A stretch of DNA of 63,315 nucleotides, counting the filler, from Squatina squatina (Eukaryota): NCBI GenBank assembly GCA_031763465.1. It is 3 parts of 3 records of this genome, joined end to end, with 100 filler letters (N's around TTAATTAATTAA, not from the genome) between each part and the next. Parts side by side here need not be neighbours in the genome. Positions count along the whole stretch, not along the records: positions 25,035 to 48,378 come from JARFOE010000189.1; positions 48,479 to 63,315 come from JARFOE010000016.1; 1 more part is not named here. The stretch is one strand, 5' to 3'. The position numbers and the translations under genes are program-made. The notes beneath the pieces were generated by a model. The model had not been told where the DNA came from. It was given only the letters and a program-made list of their open reading frames with translations, and made no database searches. Of the stretch, positions 47,223 to 59,329 are shown piece by piece; positions within the stretch are counted from its first letter, which is position 1; every line of letters starts with the position of its first letter.

Positions 47223-48378
47223 TGGATCTTGTAATGGGTAATGAACCAGAACAAATGGGAGAAGTATGAGTCGGAGAGCATCTTAGTAGTAGTGATCACA
47301 GCATAGTAAGGGTCAAGATTAGGATCGAGAGTGACATAAGACAAAGACTAAGATAATAGATTGAAAAAGAGAAAATTATGAGGAAATGAGGGTGGAACTA
47401 AAGAAGATAAATTGGGAGAAAACCTTGGAAAACAGAGACAGAAAAGCAGTGGGAAATCTTTAAAAGGGTGATCAATAGAGTTCAAGAGAAATGGTATTTC
47501 ACTAAAAGTCAAAAACAAGTCAGTTAATTATGGGGCACTGGAGATGAATAAAGAACTAAAGAGAAAATTGAATCTAAAGAAAAAGACGTACAAGAAATGC
47601 TTTGATACGAAAAGGAGAAGAGGACAAAGGAAATACGAGGAGCTTAAGAGAGAAATGAAAAAGAACCACCAGGAAGGCAAAGAGAAATCACAAAAGCAAA
47701 TTCTCAAGGAGTATAAAAAGAATTAATAAAATGTTCTATAGACACAAATAACAAAAGGAAAATTTAAAGTAGGGATAGGACCACTAAGGGATGAGCAAGA
47801 TAAACTCACAGGCAGAAGCATTAAATAACTAGTTCTCAGTTTTTACGGAAGAAGATAACAAAATAGCTACTTCACTAGAGGATGTTTAAAAATAATTTTA
47901 ATATTATACAGTTGGGATAGAAAGGGAGAAAATAATTGACAAACTGGCAAAACTAAAAGGATAAAACCCCAGGTCCAGATGGTATACTCAAGGAAACGAG
48001 GCAGAAGATAGCAGAGGTGCTAGTTTTTGTGTGGGTACATATGTATGTATGTTTCTTGGTGAGGGAATAGTGCCAGAGGAGTGGTGACAGCCAATGTTCC
48101 TATGTACAAAAAAGGATATAGAAAAAATTTTGGCAACTATAGATCATAGTTCCCAGGTTTTGTTCTCTCTCCCTTTTTGTAGCTTAAAATAAGTTATAGA
48201 AGAGCACCTAGAGACTGAAAATATAATGAAAAATGGATTGCGAAAGGCCAAGTCGTGCTCAACTAACCTGATAGAATTCTTTCATGAGGTAACGGAAAGA
48301 GTAGACCAGGGTATTAGAGTAGATGTCATATACTTGGATTTTTAAAAAGCCTTCAATAAGGTACCACACTGTAGGCTC
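47223..48378 (+). mobile_element. Heavily decayed CR1 LINE ORF2
   Basis: LDLVMGNEPEQ, KTPGPDG, SCSTNLIEFFHEVT..VD.G..VDVIYLDF*KAFNKVPH. Confidence 0.85.
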
Positions 48379-48478
48379 NNNNNNNNNNNNNNNNNNNNNN
48401 NNNNNNNNNNNNNNNNNNNNNNTTAATTAATTAANNNNNNNNNNNNNNNNNNNNNNNNNNNNNNNNNNNNNNNNNNNN
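48379..48478. other. Artificial concatenation linker 44N-TTAATTAATTAA-44N
   Basis: Identical to 24935-25034. Confidence 0.95.
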
Positions 48479-51400
48479 CAGGCGTGCTTGATAAGGTAAT
48501 TAGCCAATCATCTCCATTCTGGCCAGGACTTGTGGTGCCACATATGCAGCCTTTATTTTATTTATCCACAAACTTGAATTCCAGTAATTAGAAAAATAAA
48601 AATAGGATTATATAAATATATGTTCCAGCTTTTACAGGTATAAGTTACACCATTGGCTAAGTGCCTGGACCCCAAAATTATGGTTTCCAAAGTGGGTTAA
48701 ATATCAGAGGTGAGTGGAATTTAAAGCCGAATGAATAACAAGGAGAGCGTAGGCCATCCTGGAGCAGAGACAAACTTTGGGGATCCCACTCTGAGTTTCG
48801 TATCTGCAATATTGCTTTCAGATATTCAAATCTAAATATTGGCTGCTGAGGATCCAATGAAGCAAGACTGGCATTTTTATAGCAACTTATCACATCTCTG
48901 AGAAACATCCCAAAGTGCTTCACACAAATTTATTTCGTATAAATTACAAATGGTGCAGCTTCCTATATTTGCTATGAAATGCCTGCTTTTCTTACAATCC
49001 AGGTGGTATCTAAAGTCTCCATTTCTGTGAACTGGATCAATTCAGAAAAATCAATTCAAAATGTATGTGGATTGGCCCAATTCATAGTAAATTGTATTCT
49101 GAAAGGACTTCACAGATACCCTCTATCATTCTGATTTTTTTCAGAAAAATAAAACTGTGTTCTTACTGTTTTTCCAAGGATGCCAATATTTCTTTTTAAA
49201 AATCTTGATTTTACCATCCACATAGCAGCTCGATTTAAAAAGAAATTCAAATCTTACATTGACACCCTGAAAATTTTGCCAGCAGGAAAGTATATATGTT
49301 TTTACATTTAGATGCACTTCTACACCATATTTAACGTTTTGAATTGTTTGTAGAAGCCCCTCTGAGCCCCACAAAGTAATTAGCGCAGACTCAGGGGAGA
49401 GGGTGGAGAGAGCACAGGCAGTGTAGTTCTTCCTAATGAGATTCATCTCAAGATTTCAGCTACTCTTGTGGTTTGAATTGTGAAAAAGGAAGTGTTTGGA
49501 GAATGTGAGTTTTACAGTTGGTTTCCCTTAATGGATTTGAATATATGTTTAAGTAAAATCTCAATTGTTATATTTTAGTCAGGTTTAATTGTGCCAGGCG
49601 CAGCTCAATTAATGCTAAGGATTGAGGAAGTCAGTTGGTTAGTTTGTGTTCTCTAAAGACACCGCCAGGAATGGACTGCAGGAAACCCTAGAAGGAAATT
49701 CCTGTAGTTTAAAATAAGAATTATTAAAATAAATGATTTTCTTGCTTGNNNNNNNNNNNNNNNNNNNNNNNNNNNNNNNNNNNNNNNNNNNNNNNNNNNN
49801 NNNNNNNNNNNNNNNNNNNNNNNNNNNNNNNNNNNNNNNNNNNNNNNNCAGAAAGAAAACCACAACACATTCATGTAGCGCTTTAACAGACTTGGGATGT
49901 TTCAAAGCACTTCATGGCCTGTGAGGTACTTTTTGAACTATATTCGCTGTTGTAATGTAGGAAAACAAGTAAAAATAACCAGATCCATAGAAAAACGTTG
50001 ATATTTCTTTCCACAATTGCCACAAATGTGTTGAGGTTAATCTAATATTTGATGGCATTGAGCAGTTTTTCAATGGGATGATTTAACATCAGTTCTTAAA
50101 ATATTTCTTCAAGTTGTGTTCTTTGTTTAAGCTCGTGACAGAAATCTGATGTGAAATAATTGCCCGTGCAAAGTATATGTGCAGGGTAACACAGCTGTAG
50201 GAGGAATGAAGTAGAAATTCTTACGAATTCAGCATAACCCTACAAGAGCACTGATTAAATAGACCCATTCTAATTGTTGCTGTATGCTAACCTCATGCCA
50301 AAACAATTGAAGAAACCTTTGGATGAACTCAGATTTCTGTTGAAATGTCATTTTTAATTATTCCCAATAAGTTGTGGTGTTGACTCTATTGAAGAATCAG
50401 AAGTGCATTTGCAATCAAGTACTGAGAATACTCGGCGACTGGGGGTTTATTAGGTAACATTTGATCATGTGGTATTTGATCATGTGACATGGATCATGTG
50501 ACATTTGCCCACTGTTTGTCAATGTTATTGCATTTACCTTCGTAATGTCTCAGTATCACCAAGGGCCGAATAAGATATTTCTGTCTTTTTGTTTGTAGAA
50601 TGCAAAGATTTAGTGAATTACAACATAATTTATAAATCAAAGCAAATCTTGATTCCTGAGCTGATTTTGGGCTCTGCCGAACATTTTTTCTCCACCAAAG
50701 GAGAACCTGCCACTTACAAATTCTTTTACCCTCAAATTCCATGTATTTCTCACATTCCATGTTTCCCCCTCGCATTACCTTTTATTTTCCATCACTACTC
50801 ACTGCTGCTGCCCTTTGCTTTGACCTTTATTATGGCCCCGCAACGCTCTTACTGTCAATCAATTGCTCGTGTCCATTCTGGCCAATCTCCTTTTCAGGAC
50901 TTCAAGTGGGTAATTTAAACTGAGGGGAGAATTGGAATGCAGCAGGGAAGAAGTTTAATTTTTCAGCTTTAAATCTATACTCTCCCACTGGTGCACAGCC
51001 TATCCCGTTCCCCCGGCTATTGGATGGATTTTAGCATCTTTGTGGCAATATTTCCCAGGTTTTCTTCCATTTCGAGTCTGTCTAAGCACTGGCAGCCCAG
51101 GAGAACAGCCCTCAATTCTGGGAGACTCCTCAGGGAATCCAGAAGGATTGGCAACCTTATTGAGGTTCTGGAGAGGATACAGAGAACAACTAAGGATGAT
51201 ACTGAAACATAAATATCTTGGGCGCATTCACAGTATGACCATAGCTTTGGTCCAGAGTGGTTTAGCTTTGTTTGTTGCCTGAATTGGGAGTCAGGGCCTG
51301 ACCTGACAGCAGAGCAAAGAATGAGATTCTTGGAAGAGCTAGTCTCACTCCGCTTTACATTGTACTCGGGTTGAGCCTTAACTCCTGATTAACTTCCTAT

Positions 51401-51489
51401 GATTAGTGTGAGGTGAATTGAAACCACTTAAAGCAGATGCTACACTTGTAGTGTGAATACACCAGAAGTTATTCACATTGAAGAACAGA

Positions 51490-51617
51490 AAAACAGATTA
51501 TTTACTAAATGTTGGTGTTTAGAGAGACGTAGGTGTCCTCGTACAGGAAACAGTTAGCATGCAGGTACAGCAAGCAATTAGGAAGGCAAATGGCATGTTG
51601 GCCTTTATTTCTAGGGG
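51490..51617 (+). mobile_element. CR1 LINE fragment
   Basis: MQVQQAIRKANGMLAFISRG. Confidence 0.75.
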
Positions 51618-52443
51618 NNNNNNNNNNNNNNNNNNNNNNNNNNNNNNNNNNNNNNNNNNNNNNNNNNNNNNNNNNNNNNNNNNNNNNNNNNNNNNNNNNN
51701 NNNNNNNNNNNNNNNNNCACTCTCCCCCTCTGTGCAACTGTGAGAGGTGAAAAAAACTTAGCGCCAATCTGGCTTAATTGAGCGGTGGCATTGGTCCATT
51801 AGAAATACTCTGGTGTTCCTCAAGTGCACCCGATATTGTATACTTATTGAACAGCCGATACTTCAATCAAAGAAGTGGCCTCTCAAATATCAGATGGATC
51901 GTTTTGTGATCTTTGTGTGACATTGTTATGCATGAAAAAGTTGATTCTAATCCTGTGTTCTGTAGTTACTTTTCCTCCTCTGCTACATTGGGATTTTCAG
52001 ATTATTACATTTCTCTGAAATACAGGCAAAACATTGTTACTTCAAAGCATTGTTCAGCAGCATTGGCCTTTTTTCTTCTTTGATCCTTCATGATAATCTT
52101 ACTTGAAACTGACATCTGCCTTATTACAGACAGATCAGCATTAGTTTAATCCCAGTTCTATGATCATCTGGGCATCTTATTTTGCAGCAAGCGGGATGGT
52201 ATTTCCAGGTTTTTCTTGATTTAAAAAAAATGTGCAGTTGAAGTAGATATAACGTAAGGGCATCTTAACAGTTTACCTCGGTAGATCTCTCTATTGGCAT
52301 CTTGCCAGGTTAAAAACCTTCAAAAAGATTTTTTTATTTGTAANNNNNNNNNNNNNNNNNNNNNNNNNNNNNNNNNNNNNNNNNNNNNNNNNNNNNNNNN
52401 NNNNNNNNNNNNNNNNNNNNNNNNNNNNNNNNNNNNNNNNNNN

Positions 52444-52616
52444 TTCTCCTCATCTCAGTCCTAAAGGGCCGACCCCGTATGCTGAGACTGTGACCCCTGG
52501 TTCGAGACCCTCCAGCCAGCGGGAAACATCCTCCCTGCATCTTCTCTGTCAAATCCCCCTCAGAATCTTATCTGTTTCAATGAGATTACCTCTCATTCTC
52601 CTAAACTCCAGAGAGT
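52444..52616 (-). mobile_element. CR1 LINE 3' fragment
   Basis: SLEFRRMRGNLIET.KILRG and FPLAGGSRTRGHSLSIRGRPFRTEMRR. Confidence 0.8.
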
Positions 52617-55600
52617 GCGGTTACAGACATACAATTTTGCAAATGCTACAGGAAATGATATTCATGGAATTTAGGAAAAATGAATGGTGTTCTGTCCTCT
52701 GGTTGAATTTTCCATTTTGATTTCCAGTTTTTCACACATAGCTAACACACAGAGCTGTCTGTCTGAGCTTCCATACCCTGAGGAAATACTGTGGTAACAT
52801 GATATATGGAACAGCACAGTGATTCTCTTCAAGGAGCTGGTAGGCAATGGTTAATGTTATGAATGTAAAATTCATCTCCTCATCTAATGCTGCCAGGCAC
52901 TTATGGCAGTGTAACAAAAAATTACAGGTATGGAAGTGACTTGAGATGCCGAAGATTAAAGAAACAGAATCCTTTTTGTTACTTTAAAATTCTAAAAATT
53001 AAACTTTGTGCATACTTTATCAGCGAACCCCATTTGTCTTTATTTAAATATTCCATGCACTGAGATGTAACATTTCTGTAGTACATCATGCCCAATTACA
53101 GTCAGCAGAGTGATGTTAGCTGCCCAAATTTCCAGGTGTATCATATAAACAGCCCATATTGCCCAGAGCTGCATTCCACATCATTTTCTACATGACTAAT
53201 GCAAGCATTGTCTGGATTTCTACCAAAACACAACAACCAACAATTGTAGTAGCAGTTTAAAAGGAAATGCTGCGTCTGTGCTGTTGGGGCCATTTTATTC
53301 CATTTTTAGAAATTCTGCCTCCCAGTGTCACTTCACTGCAGCAAAACTAGATAAACGCCTACATTTTAATAGGTATATTAGTGTAATAAACTGAAATCGC
53401 CTGTAGAAAAAAATACCTGGTGTGAAATAATTACAAAACTTTAAACCTGTGGCAATGTACCATTTTTTAAAAAAAAGTAACAGAATTCAATGTAAACGTA
53501 TGAAGTCCAAGAAATAAGATATGTCAAATAATCAAACACCTGCATCTATGTAATCACTCAGCCAGTAATCTATAGTGTGTGAAGATGTTAAGGAAACCAT
53601 TACAGGCATAAAATTAACACTGAGGAACATTTGTAAGGAAATTAGAATATTGAAAAAGTAATAAATATAGCACAGTTTAAATACGATATTCCAAGTGTTA
53701 AAATATTTGGTGTTGGACAGAATTCAAAGAGCTTGACAGAGCTTCTTTGAATTCCTGTTCCAAGAGTTTAGAGCCGGAACAGTCTGCTACATTCAAAGAA
53801 TTAAGAAACAGTTCTTTGAGTTATTATGTATTCTAAATAACTAATTTTGTGAAATATTCTTTGCAATAAATATATTCCTTTGTTATTTCTTTAAAAATCT
53901 GATTATGTAGGATAACTGACAATGTAGAAAATGTCTCAATACATCTTAAATAAATTTAATAAGTTATAAGTTTAAATATAGTGTGCTTACTAATATGTGG
54001 AAATTGAGCACTAATTTGAGTACTAGGATTTAAATTGATTATTGTTAATTACCGTGCAACAAATAAAAATGAAAATTCGTATCATGTTTTTCATATTTTA
54101 AAACAAGAGCCACTCCACTGATGAGATGCTGCGATAAATCCCATTGTATAAATAGAATNNNNNNNNNNNNNNNNNNNNNNNNNNNNNNNNNNNNNNNNNN
54201 NNNNNNNNNNNNNNNNNNNNNNNNNNNNNNNNNNNNNNNNNNNNNNNNNNNNNNNNNNCAAGTGCTGGTCAGGCCTTACCTTGTCCTGGGTGCTCGCTCG
54301 GTGACCAAACCGAGGACTCCTTTGTGACTGCTGCAGTAAAGAAATGTCTTTTTCACAGCAATTTTACGCCTTAAAAAGTGTGTTGTCCTTCATGCATACA
54401 TGTCTTAGCATTCGACTCAGACCATGTGGGAAAGCCCATTGATGGGTCTTTGTTTGTCACTTCCATATCACTCATCCTGACAGTTGATCATTGGGCCTCA
54501 ATTTGGAGCCAGAGTGTCTACAGAGACTCCCAAGATGAAAGCCTATTTTCTTTTGATCTGTCAACCATTTTAACCTTTAGATCTGAGCATTCAACAAAAC
54601 TGCAAACCTGAAGTGACCTGGATTAGGTCAGTTTAGGTTAATTTGCTCAATTCATGAATTAGAGCCAGTTCGGGTGCCTTATGTTTGCTTATACCATTTC
54701 CTGTTTAAGAAAAAAATGTCTGCCACATCTGCAGCGAGAAAAATGACACTTTGTAGAAGTAAGTGATTTTCAGTATTCTGCAGTTCCGTCATAACAGTCG
54801 GTAGACAGATAATGTCATCTGTCATCATCACAACAACAAAGGTAAGCCTTTTTTCTTTTTCTTAGTATCTCTATTGGAGGTCCACAATTCTTAATAATCT
54901 AGTGGTAGTCTGTTTCTCTAGTGATGAATATGTGACTGGTGGGGAGAGGGGAAAACACATCTATATTTCTTAGCATTCCAGGGATACGCTCGTGCCGGCA
55001 TTCAGTTGGTAGGAATACAATTTAATGCTGGGAAAATAGGGGCTCTAAAGTCAAACCTCAAAGCCAACCACACCCCTACAATTTGAAATATGCATATCTA
55101 AAAATCACAACGTTTGTCAATTTGAAACCCTTATGTAGAAAATAGGGACATTTCTGACTTAACTTCATACAGTTTTCATCCCTTTTGCCTGGGGGCAGGA
55201 GACCTGACAAGCCCTCACAGAATTTCAGGGCTGGCATATCTATGACAGAGGATTCCGAATGCAGAAACCGATTCATTTAAAGTCACTTTAGTCGCTGGAG
55301 TAGCTCATTTCAAACTTTAATATATGCAGATTGATAGACTGTGAATTGAATAGATTCGTTAAGGTGCTTCATTGTAAAAGGCAAAACTGCACGGAAGAAT
55401 ATACAAAGGAACCTGCAATCTCCAGAGACTGAAACCACACCTCACAAGGTGTAAAACTGGTTAAACACTGTTTGTTAACTTGCAAAGAAATGTCCATGAT
55501 ATGAAATAATTTTAATGGCATAAATCACAATTTGGGCCATTAGTTTTCAGTTCTGTCAAAAGCATCTGAACTTTGTAGGCAAACGTTTTTCTCTTACTCT

Positions 55601-58600
55601 TTATGTGCAATCTTGAAGGGCTACCAAGAGACAAATCTGACTTTCTCCAAAGAACCTGTNNNNNNNNNNNNNNNNNNNNNNNNNNNNNNNNNNNNNNNNN
55701 NNNNNNNNNNNNNNNNNNNNNNNNNNNNNNNNNNNNNNNNNNNNNNNNNNNNNNNNNNNATAAAGATGTCAAGGTCGAAATTGTTTCATGATGCTTAAAT
55801 ACACAGTCACCAGTCTTTTTGAAAACCAACAGCCTCACCCCCTGTTTTTCTGTTCGTTTCCACCAAACCAGGTGACTTCTTAGTCCATATTTGTTCGGTA
55901 GGTGGCTACAGTTTTCATCCAGGATGTGCGGGTTAATGTTCTGTTTATCAATGCGATTCAGTGCATTAACCGAGAGAATGATTCACCTGCACCCGTATTC
56001 AACAGTAATGCTTTAAGTGTTCAAATATACAATTGCCAACTCAAGCAACTTCAAGCAGCATTGGCAATATGACAAGAAACAGTAATTAAGTTTCATTTCC
56101 TGATTAATAACTAACACTTCAGGAAGAAATAATAATGGATTTGTAAAATAAAAAGGTAACTGATGCTAGGTTATCAAAGAGCAACAGTTGCAAGCTGTGG
56201 CACTTGGCAGATTGCAGTTCACGGTATGAAGGAGTTGCTTCAGTAACGGATAGCTGCATTCCATAGGGATGCTCAGTNNNNNNNNNNNNNNNNNNNNNNN
56301 NNNNNNNNNNNNNNNNNNNNNNNNNNNNNNNNNNNNNNNNNNNNNNNNNNNNNNNNNNNNNNNNNNNNNNNNNNNNNGCCCAACTCTCCGCCAGTGAATG
56401 TCCATTTATTTCAGATTAGTACGATCTGTGAAGCCGAAACTTGGCAGATTGCAAGTTCCGGGCTTTCACGCATGCGGAATCCCAGAACTTGTGTGGGTAT
56501 GCGGTCACTGGCTCCATAAAATCCGGGCCATTAAATTAACTTAAAAGATAACTATGTATTTCATGTTCATTCTGTTTGAAAATTTCTGCTGTGCTTTTAA
56601 CTGCAATATTTATAAAGTTTAAGGAATGCTAGGGTTTGTTCTGTGCTGTAAAGGAATTTACATGAATAAATGTATTATTAGAGTGTGATGATTGCGACAT
56701 TTCTTAGCTTCCACAGAGGAGTTTTTTCTCTCATACACAGGCAAGGCCTCAGTGAGACTTTAGCTGCAGAAGAAGTGTTTCGGAATACTGCTGTCTGTTT
56801 TGGTGGTGTAGAAAGCAGCTCTCATCTCGAGTTGGAATATTTGCTCTACCAAAATTGATACTGGCTTTATGAAAAAAAACTCCTACTCGACAATGTAAAG
56901 CTCTATTCTATTTGCATTTCATTACTGTTGAGTGAACTATAAAAGGGCATGTGTGAACTGCCTACTGTGAAAGAAGCACATACAAAATTGGTGTAGTTCA
57001 TCAAAGATTTCTTTATATACAGTGTTCAATAGTTACACACAATGTTCAACAAGAAGTTAGTGCTGTAGTGANNNNNNNNNNNNNNNNNNNNNNNNNNNNN
57101 NNNNNNNNNNNNNNNNNNNNNNNNNNNNNNNNNNNNNNNNNNNNNNNNNNNNNNNNNNNNNNNNNNNNNNNNNNNNNNNNNNNNNNNNNNNNNNNNNNNN
57201 NNNNNNNNNNNNNNNNNNNNNNNNNNNNNNNNNNNNNNNNNNNNNNNNNNNNNNNNNNNNNNNNNNNNNNNNNNNNNNNNNNNNNNNNNNNNNNNNNNNN
57301 NNNNNNNNNNNNNNNNNNNNNNNNNNNNNNNNNNNNNNNNNNNNNNNNNNNNNNNNNNNNNNNNNNNNNNNNNNNNNNNNNNNNNNNNNNNNNNNNNNNN
57401 NNNNNNNNNNNNNNNNNNNNNNNNCCAGAAATACTGCATATTTTGTGTCATTGTGAAGCAGTTTAACTTGGAGTCACCCAAATTGAACTTAGGCAAGTGG
57501 TATAAAAGCACCTCAAGGCGGCAGCAGTGTAACTGCAACTGATGCAAAATATACTTGAGGGTTCGATAGGTGGGTTTAAGTGCTATTTTTAACTGGTATC
57601 TTAGAAATGACTGTCCTGTCAGCCCTCTATTAAACTGTTAACATTTAATTGGCTTTTGAACTTCAATAAAGCTTTTTATGGGCAAATTCTCCATGGCACC
57701 ATAATGTTGTCTGAACAGATGAATGTTCCAGGAGTGGGCAGGGAGAGATTCCAAGTAAATTTTAAAAATTTCCGTTTTCTTGTGCTTGTTGTTAATATCA
57801 TCTGTGTTACATTCCTGTAGCATCTGCAGTATGAATATTCATTGCGTGCAATAGTCATACAGACAAACATGACTAATACTTTTTGCACAACAATTGATAC
57901 TAACAGACTTGTGATAAGGTCACAAGCGATGTGATGAAATTTCCCCCTTTACTTCATATCAAGAACTAGCAACTTATTTCAATTTTTCTAAAGCAAGCAT
58001 TATTCTTCAACATTAGATAAGATATTTTCAGAACTAATTTTAAGATGGCACCATTATACCACACAAGAAGCCTTGGCAACACATTTGTGATTCTCTAAGA
58101 GGAACAAATTTTTCTAATTCAAAATATTCATAATTCTTGGAATCAGTTTTCTGTAACTTTCTGTGCATCTTCACTTGAAGCTTTTATTTCTGATTTTACG
58201 AGAGTATTACTATGGAAAAGAGACTATNNNNNNNNNNNNNNNNNNNNNNNNNNNNNNNNNNNNNNNNNNNNNNNNNNNNNNNNNNNNNNNNNNNNNNNNN
58301 NNNNNNNNNNNNNNNNNNNNNNNNNNNTGGATTTAGCCTCAGGTTTGCTTTAAATCAAAAATGTTCTTCAGCAGTATTTTCATTTCTGACAATATTTTTG
58401 TGCCAAGCATCCTTGTGAACTGTTTATAAACTATCATTATTGATACAGCTACAGAAAATATTCAAAAGTAAAGCTGGTGCAGTGATAGAAAATATGAATT
58501 ATTATTTACCCAAACACAACAAAAATGAGTGCTACAATGATCTTCATGCAGCTACTTTTACTGCTTAAGTGCATTTCAGTACATAACACATTTGTGTTGA

Positions 58601-59329
58601 AATTCTGTGTTCCTTTTGCTGAATTGCATCAAATAAAATATAAACGGAATATTTTTCAAATTCTGAATGTTCTGGTCAATAATTTCAAGAACTGTTGCTA
58701 CATTGGCAAGAACATGTACGCAAGTTCATGTAGTCCTGGATTTACTTGAGTATTTATGAGTCATTTTCTTTGGATAGTTTTTCCTGGAATTTTCAGATAC
58801 AGTATACACTCGGGGCAATGATGTGATCCTGGCGCACAGCACGCACCGAATTGCAGAAGTAGGGTTATCCAACAGCAGCAGCTCTTAAAGATCATCCTTA
58901 AAGCTTTCTTACCACGGCTGGGGGTGCGAGGGGAATGGTTGAAANNNNNNNNNNNNNNNNNNNNNNNNNNNNNNNNNNNNNNNNNNNNNNNNNNNNNNNN
59001 NNNNNNNNNNNNNNNNNNNNNNNNNNNNNNNNNNNNNNNNNNNNTGAAATTCGATTTCAATTGGAATATGTTTTGAAAATATCTTTTGATCATGTACGTG
59101 TATGGTGTATGACTGTTATGACAATACAGTTACAAGCACCCATTCCAGCTCTTGTCCATTCCATTGATGACTGCGTCATTTGAAAGTTAAAATGATTCAT
59201 TCATATTTGGCTTGCAGAATGTTGTTACCGTTCATCAAGAATAACTGACCATGCCTCTGAAGGAAGCTGCAGTAATTTAGTGCAGAGGTACTGAGACAAT
59301 AACAAACTCCTGTTTTTGGTTTTGATATC

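Noticed and set aside
48479-59200. Possible conserved non-coding enhancers upstream of ZNF469 (e.g. the TAAT-rich stretch 49370-49630)
   Set aside because: Conservation cannot be judged without alignments; no coding exons were recognised.
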